Below, one piece after another: positions 1 to 10,628 of a DNA stretch of 64,000 bases. Position 1 is the stretch's first letter; every line of letters begins with the position of its first letter. A program made the translations under genes and the position numbers. Origin of the DNA: Octopus sinensis (taxonomy: Eukaryota); the NCBI RefSeq assembly GCF_006345805.1, contig NC_042998.1:130758001-130822000 (forward strand), written 5' to 3'. A model generated the notes under the pieces. The model had not been told where the DNA came from. It did not search any database and saw only the letters and a program-made list of their open reading frames with translations.

Positions 1-1981
1 ATGTAAATCCTGGCAGCTTACGTTTACAAAATTAGAATCTTAAAAAATATGCCAGTGTTTTAAGCTCAATATCCCCCCTCTCTCTCTTTCTTTCTTTATC
101 GCACTCGACCAAACTAATCTACTAAAATTTTGCGTGTCATATTTAAATTTATGCTCTAGTAATAGAGCTATATAATTTTCTATCCTTAACTCAATCGCAT
201 TCGTTATTCTACTATAACACTAACTTAGATTTTGAAACGCTTTGCAGTGTTGTTATTTAATGTGTCTGCTTCCTATTAATTATTACAATTAATGTTCATA
301 TCCAAAATTAATATTTCTATGTTCAATAAAACTCTTTTATATATTTCTGCTCAATATATATTTAAACATTATACACCTTTATCTTTTCATTCCAGTATAT
401 AGTCCCTTCCTTTCTTTCTTATAGATTTTAAACAAATTTCTTCTCTTTTATTTTTCTGCTAATATATTAATTTTCTTTATTAATTATGCTTAACCTTCAT
501 AACCTATTCAACTATTTCTATATTTTGTATTTTAAACTTTTCGCCATAAGCACCAGAGTGTTTTTCAAATTTTCTACCAAAATACTCTCATGAATATTAA
601 AAAAAAGTTCTTATATTGTTTTTATATGCTTATAATTTCATAATTTCTTAATTTTAATTTTTCGCCTTTAAATTAAAATTTCATTTCATTTAATTTCTAT
701 ATTCTTTCTTTTAACTGATTTTTTAAAAATGTATTATATTTTTCAATTCTTTTCAATTATTGACTATTTTAATTAGTTTAATTATCCTATAAGTTAATCA
801 TTTAATTAATTATTTAGCGTTTTGAGAAGTGAACGTATTTACCCCACTCTTTCATTTTGCACCAACTGTATCACATTAATATTTACTTAATCTTACAAGC
901 TTATCCAAACTAATTGATATTTCACTTTAAGTGTTTTTTCTTCCTTCCCTTCCATTTAAATCTAACAAAACAATTTACATTTTATTTTCCTACATCGACC
1001 ATAATGTTTCCTATATATTCTTATTTATGTTCTATTACTCTATATCATCCCTATATTTTTCTACCAAATGTTAGAAACTTTTGAATTAAACGTTTTAAAA
1101 TTTTTATCTATTTTATAATAAATAACATATAAATGTATGTGTGTGTGTGTGTTTGAGCATGTGTGTGCCCCCGCATGTTATTGATTGTTTTATGCCAAGT
1201 TATTTATAAAATAAAATTAAAATTATACTGTACCTGCCTTCGTCAGTCTGAGCTTTACTTGGTGTTTATATTTTACATAGTTTATGGTAAGTTCTGTTTT
1301 AGGGTGAGGCGGAGCTTGTTGGAGCATAAATGGTGCAGGTAGACAGGGAAAGATATTATGTAGGATGACGGAATATAGAAGGCTAAGAGGAGCCTATGTG
1401 ATTGTACGGTGAAAGTTGACAGAAAGTTATTGTAAAGAGATTTTAACGAAAGTGATAAGGGAATTTCGTTAGAGCTTATGGTTCACTCAAGCATAGAAAT
1501 AGCTGATGTGCAAATTTAAGGTTTGTAAAAATTTAGAACACAGCATTGTTTCTGTAGAAACTTGTTTTGTTCTTGTACTTTAGTGTTCACAAAAGAGTGC
1601 TTGCAGATCAATGCGTTGGTCACACAATATATCACAATGAATTGGAATTGTTATTAACGGTAATAGATTTATATTAAGACATTTCAAACTGATGGTTTTG
1701 TGAAAGAGAGTTGTAGGAAGGATATTTTGCTGTAAATAGTCTGTTCCTAGTCGTCTTGAAGTATACTAACTTATGTTTATGTTACATTTTTGTATGGAAG
1801 TGCACACATGTACTTTCATGATAATATTAATACATCTAGATGAACACATACGGGAGATGCATTTTTCTTATGTATATCCTTCTGAATGTAGATATACATG
1901 CATAAGCAATACATACAGAAATAATACCTAAATATAGCAGTACATAAGAATATCAACCCACAGATGAATAAAACCTCTTGC

Positions 1982-1984
<3 letters not shown>

Positions 1985-2052
<68 letters not shown>
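1985..2052. repeat. (TA)n microsatellite at the 5' side of a Penelope-like fragment
   Basis: Near-pure TA dinucleotide run. Confidence 0.95.
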
Positions 2053-2057
<5 letters not shown>

Positions 2058-2534
2058 TCTTTCCGAGGCCCATCCAACATCCGATAGCAATTGCAACTGC
2101 CCTGATAAAACCACCTGCCCCCTCAACAACAACTGCCTACAGAGGGACCTCGTATATACATGCGAGGTACGATCAGGCCCCGATGATAAAAGAAAACGTA
2201 CATCGGAATGGCGTCAAACAGCTTTAAGACCCGCTGGTACGCCCACACACACTCGTTCCGGCGACCTGATAAATCCAACCAAACTACCCTCGCCGCCCAC
2301 ATCTGGTACCTCAAAAGGAACTCCATCCCCTTCAAGACCAAGTGGAGACTACTACAGAAGGCGCGTTCGTACACAGGAGGCCATACCTTCTGTGACCTTT
2401 CCATTTCCAAGAGCCTAGAGATCTTGTTCGCCAAAGGCCATCTCCTCAACAAGATCTCAGAACACTCCCCAAATTGCATGCATAAAATTTATGCAAACTA
2501 CAAGAACTATAGACCCACCCGGCAACCCGATTGA
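2053..2534 (+). pseudogene. Penelope-like element GIY-YIG endonuclease, 5'-truncated and frameshifted
   Basis: [23 protein letters not shown] (frame of ORF 1978) joins TYIGMASNSFKTRWYAHTHSF..LAAHIWYLK..KWRLLQKA..CDLSISK..LLNKISE..CMH (frame of ORF 2208) through a 1-nt frameshift near 2190-2197; typical PLE Cys-linker plus GIY-YIG. Confidence 0.85.
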
Positions 2535-2629
2535 CGACACCCCACCCACAAACCCCCCCAACCCACCGTTCCCCCAGCACCCCCGATTAACTTTCCTCCT
2601 AAGACTATTCACAGATTGTATTTGTACAC

Positions 2630-3499
2630 TTGTATATATGTATTGTATATATGTATAGAAATGAATAGGTGTTAGTAGGAATATACGCATGTATGTGAGT
2701 GCGTGTATGTGTATTTGTATGTACATGTGTATGGGTGTATGTATGTGTATGTATATATGTGTATATATGTGTGTATGTCTGTGTACGTATGTATGTGTGT
2801 ATATATATATGTGTGTATATGTATGTATGTGTATATATGTGTATATATGTGTGTATATATATATATATGTATATGTATATATATGTGTACGCTCGTGTGT
2901 TTAGGTATATGTAAGTATGTAGAGTTGTGTGTATGTGTATGTGTATGTATATGTATATATATGTGTAGATGGGTATATACGTGTATGCTTATATGTATGT
3001 TTCCGTCTGTACAAAGGGTAACTGCATGTGTATATATATCTATTATTTATTTATTATTCATTATTTATTACACGAGTATGAGTTTGTATGCATGTATGTA
3101 TTTATGTATATACGGAGGCGCGTGAGTGTGTGTATGTGTATGCATTTGTATAAACATATGTATACATTTATGCATGTATGTGCTTGTGTGTATATATATG
3201 TGTGTATGTATGTATATATACACACATATATATATATATATATATGTGTATATGTGTGTGTGTGTATGTGTATATGTATATATGTGTGTGTAATGTATAT
3301 ATAGATATATATATATGTATATATATATGTATATGTATGTGTATGTATGTGTATGTGTGTGTATGTGTATGTATGTATATGTATGTATGTATGTGTATAT
3401 GTGTGTTTATGTATGTGTATGTATGTGTATGTATGTATGTCTGTATATGTATATATATGTATGTGTATATATGTATATATGTATATATATGTATATATA

Positions 3500-3568
<69 letters not shown>

Positions 3569-4500
3569 ACGCTCGTGTGTTTAAGTATATGTAAGTATGT
3601 AGAGTTATGTGTATGTACATGTATGTATGTATATATGCATATGTGCAGATAGGTATATACGTGTATGCTTATATGTATGTTTCCGTCTGTACAAAGGGTA
3701 ACTGCATGTGTATATATATCTATTATTTATTTATTATTCATTATTTATTACACGAGTATGCGTTTGTATGCATGTATGTATTTATGTATATACGGAGGCG
3801 CGTGAGTGTGGGTATGTGTATGCATTTGTATAAACATATGTATACATTTATGCATGTACGTGCTTGTGTGTATGTGAATGTATGTATATGTATGTATATG
3901 TATGTGTGTATATATACGCATGTGTATATATATATATATATGTATATATATGTATATATATATGTGTGTGTATGTATATGTGTGTGTATGTGCATGTGTA
4001 TATATATATGTGTAGATGTGTGTGTAAATGTATATATATATATATATATGTGTGTGTATATGTAGGTGTATGTGTGTATGTGTGTATGTGTATATGGATG
4101 TGTATATATATGTGTGTGTATGTGTATGTGTATGTATATATATGTATATATATATGCATATATATATATATGTATATATATGTATATATATATGTACGCT
4201 TGTGTGTTTATGTATATGTAGGTATGTAGAGTTATGTGTGTATGTATGTATGTATATATACATATGTGTAAGTAGGTATATATAGGTATGTTTATATGTA
4301 TGTATCCGTTTGTATAATTGGTAACTGCACGTATATTTTTTATTTTTATTTTTTTTATTTTTATTTTATCTAGTTTCAGCTCACGAGCTGTGGCCATGCT
4401 GGGGCACCGCCATATATTTATTATTTTTATTATTATTATTATCATTATAATTATTATTATTATTATTAGTTAAGTATGCATGTATCCCGTTTTATATATA

Positions 4501-4533
<33 letters not shown>

Positions 4534-5142
4534 AGTATATGTATATGTATATGTATGTGTGTGTGTATATATGTATGAGTGTATATGTGGATGTATATGT
4601 ATATGAGTATATATGTATATATATATATATATATATGTATATGTGTATGTATATGTATGTATGTGTATGTATGTGTATATGTATATGTGTATATATATTA
4701 ATTAGTGTATATGTATGGACTAGTCTTCCGTGAGTGTGTTGAGGTATGTATGTGTATGCGTGTATGTGAATATACGTGAATGTATGTAGATGTATGCGTG
4801 TATGAATATAACACGTACGTGTGTGTACGTGTGAGTGTGTGGGCGTGAGTAAGTAGACAGATAAACGGAATCTTTATATCGTCCCTTGAGACCGATTGAC
4901 CGGTCAAGATAAAAATAAAAATAAAGATATAAACAAAAAGCAGTAATAATAAAATTAAAATAAGAGAATAAAAATGTGTGTGTATGTGTGTGCATGTACA
5001 TGCATTTGTATATATTTGTGCGAGTGGGTATACATATATGTATGTATATGTATGTATATGTGTATCTGTGTGTACGTACATGGGTATGTGTATGTATGTA
5101 TGTATATGTATATATATATGTATGTGTATATGTATGTGTATG

Positions 5143-5185
<43 letters not shown>

Positions 5186-5260
5186 ATGTGGGTATGTATG
5201 TATATGTATAGATATATGTGAATTTGCGGGTGTATATATGTGTATGTATATATATATGTA
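2630..5260. repeat. Compound (TA/TG/TATG) microsatellite containing a ~630-680 bp unit repeated three times
   Basis: Unique anchor GTACGCT(C/T)GTGTGTTTA at ~2887, ~3567, ~4194; TTCCGTCTGTACAAAGGGTAACTGC at ~3001 and ~3681. Confidence 0.9.
4335..4411 (-). mobile_element. Very short 3' tail of a CR1-like LINE with A-rich tail
   Basis: Minus strand GGCGGTGCCCCAGCATGGCCACAGCTCGTGAGCTGAAACTAGA plus A-rich tail matches the LINE 3' end at ~62365-62420. Confidence 0.7.
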
Positions 5261-5513
5261 GATGTACAAGTGAGAGTCTCCCTACTAACCTAAAACCCTA
5301 TTTTTCTATTTATATTTTTTTATATATTTTTTTATCTTTTTATTTTATTTTTTTATTTATTTATTTATATTATTATCTACTTTACCAACGATTCCTTTGA
5401 CCACTCCCCTTATAATGACAGTTTTGCGCCATGCCTACCCCCCAAAAAGTCCCCCACCACCACCCATTTAAACTTGCCTAAATGTATAAATGCCAAAACA
5501 ACTCTTGTCTACT

Positions 5514-5564
5514 AGCTTCCTGATGATTTCTTTTGAATGAAACAGTTCTAGTCCTGTAGAAGCT
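5514..5564 (+). ncRNA. Type I hammerhead ribozyme (PLE pLTR)
   Basis: Stem I AGCTTC/GAAGCT; core CTGATGA; stem II T-TTC-TTTT-GAA-T; GAAA; stem III ACAG/CTGT; GUA site with cleavage after 5558. Confidence 0.8.
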
Positions 5565-5663
5565 CCTTCTATAAAATAAATTAATTTACTCTGCTATGTA
5601 TTGAGTACCTTATTGACTGTGGTTAGCCCCGACTCAACCCGGGACCTATATATATATATATAT

Positions 5664-5696
<33 letters not shown>

Positions 5697-5817
5697 CACA
5701 ATCAAGGAACGGCCATAATAGGCCATTCACCCACTAGAAATAACAGCCAAAGCTTCAACCGCAAAATAACATTAATTCCGCAAACCAGGAGAAAATTAAA
5801 AAAACATTTACCCTGTA

Positions 5818-5924
5818 ATTTCTTATACGATGCACCGTTTCATCTATTGTTTAATGGTAAACTAACCTGATTAAATTAAATCAAGCCAATCTTCCATAGG
5901 CCCTTGGATTCGTCAGTAAGAAAT
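5818..5924 (-). ncRNA. Type I hammerhead ribozyme, copy 1 of the 489-bp unit
   Basis: Minus strand: stem I ATTTCTTA/TAAGAAAT (8 bp); CTGACGA; stem II ATC..GAT with long insert; GAAA; stem III ACG-GTGCAT-CGT; GUA site, cleavage at 5826/5825. Confidence 0.85.
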
Positions 5925-6306
5925 AGCCAGATTGGAACAGATATTTTCACGAGGCACTTCTGTCCCTGCCTCGGCAATATCTGACCTAAAATTTTCAAAT
6001 CATCGCACTCGCGCCAAATTTATCGGCAGCAAATAAATATAAGCCGCCGATTCCATTACGGAATCAACCAGAAAATTCATAATTAATCAATATAGGGTGG
6101 CAAAAAAATTTTGTAGAATTTTTTTGCCACCAGTGGCCTAGTGGGAAAAAATTAAATAGTCATAGACCATTTATAAGTTCAACATCACAATCAAGGAACG
6201 GCCATAATAGGCCATTCACCCACTAGAAATAACAGCCAAAGCTTCAACCGCAAAATAACATTAATTCCGCAAACCAGGAGAAAATTAAAAAAACATTTAC
6301 CCTGTA

Positions 6307-6413
6307 ATTTCTTATACGATGCACCGTTTCATCTATAGTTTAATGGTAAACTAACCTGATTAAATTAAATCAAGCCAATCTTCCATAGGCCCTTAGATTC
6401 GTCAGTAAGAAAT
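6307..6413 (-). ncRNA. Type I hammerhead ribozyme, copy 2 of the 489-bp unit
   Basis: Same fold as copy 1; stem II extends to ATCTA/TAGAT; cleavage at 6315/6314. Confidence 0.85.
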
Positions 6414-6624
6414 AGCCAGATCGGAACAGATATTTTCACGAGGCACTTCTGTCCCTGCCTCGGCAATATCTGACCTAAAATTTTCAAATCATCGCACTCG
6501 TGCCAAATTTCTCGGCAGCAAATAAATATAAGCCGTCGATTCCATTACGGAATCAACCAGAAAATTCATAATTAATCAATATAGGGTGCCAAAAAATTTT
6601 TTTTTTGCCACCCTATATTGATTA

Positions 6625-6666
<42 letters not shown>

Positions 6667-6671
<5 letters not shown>

Positions 6672-6714
6672 CTGGTTTAAGAAGCCACATCAGCTGCAAT
6701 GATGGTTCTTAGGT
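6667..6714 (+). mobile_element. 48-bp RTE 3'-end fragment, inverted relative to 6797-6844
   Basis: Reverse complement of 6797-6844 with one mismatch; followed by a short TA run. Confidence 0.8.
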
Positions 6715-9340
6715 ATATATATACATTTATATCCCATTACATATATAAAGTGGTTGTGCGCTCCTTCTGCAGATTTTGACCACCTCCTGTACCTACACCT
6801 AAGAACCATCATTGCAGCTGATGTGGCTTCTTAAACTAGACAATGTTCTGAAAAGACACCTACATAGATTGCACGTCCGATTTGGACCACCAAGAGCTGC
6901 AGATAAGTTCTGATCTTTGCGGATCTTAAAATGTCTTTCATTCTTGATGCAAACCCCTGATCATGTTTACAAATTTTTCTGAGTAACCTATTTTCCTTAG
7001 TATTAACCACAGAGGATTTCAATTAATAGTATCGAATGCTTTGCTCAAATCAACATAGCAATGGTATAGAGTAAGATTCTGTTCAATGCACTTTTATTTG
7101 TAAATATACAATCAGCTGTGTCCCTGGAGGAACGAAAAGCACACTGAGACTCAGGCACTATGTTTAGAGCTATGAAGTTATTTCAACGTTCTAACAAAAT
7201 GCGGGCAAATACCCTTCCAACCACAGACAAAAGCGAAATCCCACGAAAATTAACACGCAGATTCTTTGGCGCCGATTTATACTAGGAGAATAAAATGGTA
7301 TCAATCCTGTCTTGGGCACCTTCTCAGTTCGTCAACAGTAACAAATAAATATATTTAAGAGTTCAAACATTTTGTCACCCCTATATTTCAAGACTTCTGC
7401 ACAGATTCCATCAGACCCTGGAGACGTATTTTTATTCAGCTTATTCATAGCTAAATAAATGTCATTTAGATTTGGTTCAAATGTCATCTCTTCTATAAAT
7501 GGAAGATGTTCGATTTCTCTATCATCCTCATGTCAGTGGATGATGGTCTATTCAAAAGTGCAAAAAATGTTCAACCCAGCGCTTATCAATAGAAACGGTG
7601 TCAGTCAGATCAGAAGCAAACGTCCTTTTGCTGTTCTCACAGGAGCTATTGAAGAAAATTTGGGGCCATATACATCCTTAACATAAGAGTACAAACCATT
7701 GGCAATATTTCTATCATCTGCTTCTTGTGCCTCTTTTGCTCTATCATTCCACCATCCCTGTTTAATTTTCCTTAGAGCAGTTTGTACTTTCCTTTTCAGC
7801 TTTCTGTAAGTTTAGTGTAAGGACCGAGAAAGAACTTTATTGCCTAAGTTTTGTTTTTCTATAAGTAGATCATAAATTTCTCCTGATCTGAGAACCAGTC
7901 ACTGAACTTACGTGATTTAAATCCCACTGACGAACTTGCAGCCTGAAATACCTTTGTTTTGAAATCTTACCATAGATTGTTTGGGCCAAGATTGATACTT
8001 TCTATAGCATCTTTGAATCTTTGCAAGTTGTTTGATAATCTAATGTTTGCAAGATTTAACTTTTTGTTTATCTTAGGACCAGACTTTCGAGTTATAGGCA
8101 TTATCGAAAAATCTATTTTTCTACGCACTAGACGATGGTCAGTTCAGCTCTCTGCTCCTCTCATGGCCCGAACACTAGAAACGTCTTTTATATCACGTTT
8201 TCTCATCAGAATATAATCTGAGATACCAGTGCTTAGAATCTGGGTGCATCCAGGTGATTTTATATTTATTTTTCTGCTTAAAAAGAGTATTCGTGACAAC
8301 TAGATTATTCTCAGCACAAAGCATCAAAGGAGCTACTCCAATCCCATGTCGACATAAAGAGGTCATGAAGCGTAGTCTTTTCCAACTCTTGCATTGAAAT
8401 CTCCCAATATGACCAGCTTGTCAGAAATTGGTACTTTTCTCGGTAATTGTGTTCGATCATTATAAAACTGCCCTACAGTTTCATCAGATTGGGACATTGT
8501 TGGTGCATAAATACTGACAACAGTAAGAAACCTAACATTTGTCAGTTTAATATGGCATGACATAGTCCATTCATATATTCCACTTGTGAACTCTGCAATG
8601 GAGGATACTAATGAATTCTTGATAGCAAACCCAACACCGGATTCTGTACGCTTCCCTTAGGTAGGCCTCTCCAAAAGACAGTATATCCATCAGTAGGTTC
8701 ATTTACTTGACCCTCACCAGAGAGACGAGTTTTAGAGAGCGCAACTATATCATGGGAATATTTCTTAAGCTTACGTGCAATAAGTGCAGTACGTTTTTCT
8801 GGCCTCTTGTTGAAATTATCAAGATGTGTGCGCACATTCCAACAGCTAAAATTCAAAGGATATATATTTTTACTTTTCTTGAAGATTGTTTGACCACAGT
8901 GACAGGATGACGACCGGACCCAGCCTGTGATAAAATGGAACACCTGCTGAGTAAGACCTGTTCCCCTGACGTTCCCAAGCCTTTTTGCCATTTAGTGAAT
9001 CTGTTTGAGACATTTTAGTGTAAGTTACAAGTGCATATTTAGGTTTTCGCCAACCAACCAATTCAATGATTTTACTAAGAGTTGGTGTACAAGAAGTACC
9101 TGTGAAAATGAATTATTTTCTGTGGTTGTAGGTTGCACTGTACTGCCCCCACCTATTGGCCCAAGAAGATTTTCGCCGGTGTGACATGAAAATTGACAAA
9201 ACCAGGAGCTTTCAAAGTCTCAGGTTTCATTTTGGAGATTTTCTTCTCCTAGGTAGATTACCAAACAAGGTTGAAGAGCATCTACCTGCCCATAAAGTAA
9301 GCTATCCCATTCTAGACACCAAACCGACACTCAAACACTC
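6715..9340 (-). mobile_element. RTE-clade LINE with 5' UTR, APE domain, RT N-terminus, large internal deletion and C-terminal zinc finger; decayed
   Basis: NFSCWNVRT..KRTALIARKL..DIVALSKTRLSGEG; LTVVSIYAPTM..VILGDFNARVG; NFRGISLLSVVGRVFARILL..PESQCAFR; GYSEKFVNMIRGLH; then CNLCRCLFRTLSSLRSH; many stops and frameshifts. Confidence 0.85.
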
Positions 9341-9884
9341 TATAAAGATAAATTTAGATTATGTGTCCCAGAGTTTGAGAGCGTTTGGTTTGCTTTAGAT
9401 TTGGCGACCTTGTCAAATGTATCCAAACGATTTCCCCAACAGCAAGAATTTTTAGAGCTGTAGTTTACTTTCATTTTCGCTCACTTATATCCTCTCTACT
9501 CCATACAGATAAACACACACATATATATGAATATATCTATGGATTTATTTCGCATTGCTACATAATTAATTTCTTCAGGTAATATTTCACAAAATATATT
9601 GGCAGGTGCTATCACCTGCTAATATTTATCCAAATATATTGGTAAGTGATAACATCTGCCAAAAAAACACTTGTAAAGTAGAGTTTTGTGCAAAAATGCG
9701 AATTTAAGTAATGGTATCTAAGTTACGACATGGAATAATGTTTGTAATAAACAATGCTATTTGAAATACCTGTAGTGATGTTTTCAACTATCCGTTCGTT
9801 TTTGTCTACTAAATATTACATCGCGTGAATTGTGCTAATAATAGCTTCGATACATCTGAAGCATTCACACACACACACACACAC

Positions 9885-10030
9885 ACAAAACGAGCTTCTT
9901 TCAGTTCCGTCTACAAAATTCATTAACGAAGGATTAGACACCCAGAGGCTATAGTAAGAAGACACTTACCAGAGATGCCACGCAGTGAAACTGAATCCAG
10001 AACCATGTGGGTTGGGAACCAAACTCCTTA
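9885..10030 (-). mobile_element. tRNA-derived SINE 5' half (octopus OK-like family)
   Basis: Resembles the 5' half of 50385-50830 (GAGCTTCTTTCAGT..GGCTATAGTA..GAAGACACTT..GAACCATGTG). Confidence 0.65.
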
Positions 10031-10563
10031 CAACAGAGCAACCATTCATATAAATATATAAGCAGTCATATTTTTGCTTTATTTTTTAAATAAATCATAC
10101 ACGAAGTGAGAATACCTCAGGTATGAACGAGATACTGGGCTATATTCATGAACACTTAAAGGAAGTTTACCTCATTTCGTATCACTCGCAGCGTTGTCGG
10201 TGAATTGTGAGACATATTTGTTTCAGCAATGAAAAATGGTGTGTAATGGATATATTTTCTGTTATAACAATTATGGAGGAAAATAGCTTTTCATATTGTA
10301 AATCATTCCGTAAAAATAAGATTTTATGAATATAGCTTTCAAAATTTAAGTTGTGCTGTTTTATCGATTATATTAGAAATAGATTATTTTTATGTTAAAA
10401 TTATTTGTGAAATTGTTCTGTCATAACTATTATTTGAGAAAATAGTTTTAAAAGTTTAATTTGTATTGTTACAAGAATCATTTGTCAAAATATTATTCAA
10501 AATGTTAAAGCGTTCTGTTACAGCAACAATTCGTGAAAAGGGGTGTATATGTATGAATATACA

Positions 10564-10628
10564 TGTATGTATGTATGTATGTATGTATGTATGTATGTAT
10601 GTATGTATGTATGAATGAATGTATGTAT
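10564..10628. repeat. (TATG)n microsatellite
   Basis: Direct reading. Confidence 0.95.

Larger units (their letters stand above)
2053..5646 (+). mobile_element. Penelope-like element 3' portion: GIY-YIG, microsatellite-expanded 3' region, pLTR end with hammerhead
   Basis: GIY-YIG at 2053-2534; TATA-like AATGTATAAAT near 5481, HHR 5514-5564 and AATAAA near 5575; ends at (TA)n 5647. That both parts belong to one element is an inference. Confidence 0.55.
5696..6628 (-). mobile_element. Non-coding 489-bp tandem (dimeric) HHR element with a 5' fold-back, inserted in (TA)n; retrozyme-like / non-autonomous PLE-type
   Basis: Direct repeat 5696-6184 vs 6185-~6600 (period 489); one HHR per unit; 6601-6626 is an inverted copy of 6571-6596; (TA)n on both sides. 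Confidence 0.8.

Noticed and set aside
1-1960. AT-rich region, possibly a very old LINE
   Set aside because: No motif could be read with confidence in any frame.
5696-6600. CRISPR-like or satellite array
   Set aside because: Eukaryotic context, only two long units and no repeat-spacer structure.
5696-6628. DNA MITE interpretation based on the TAGGGTGGCAAAAAA inverted repeat
   Set aside because: The inverted repeat is internal or a local fold-back rather than paired termini; the tandem period and HHRs fit a retroelement better.
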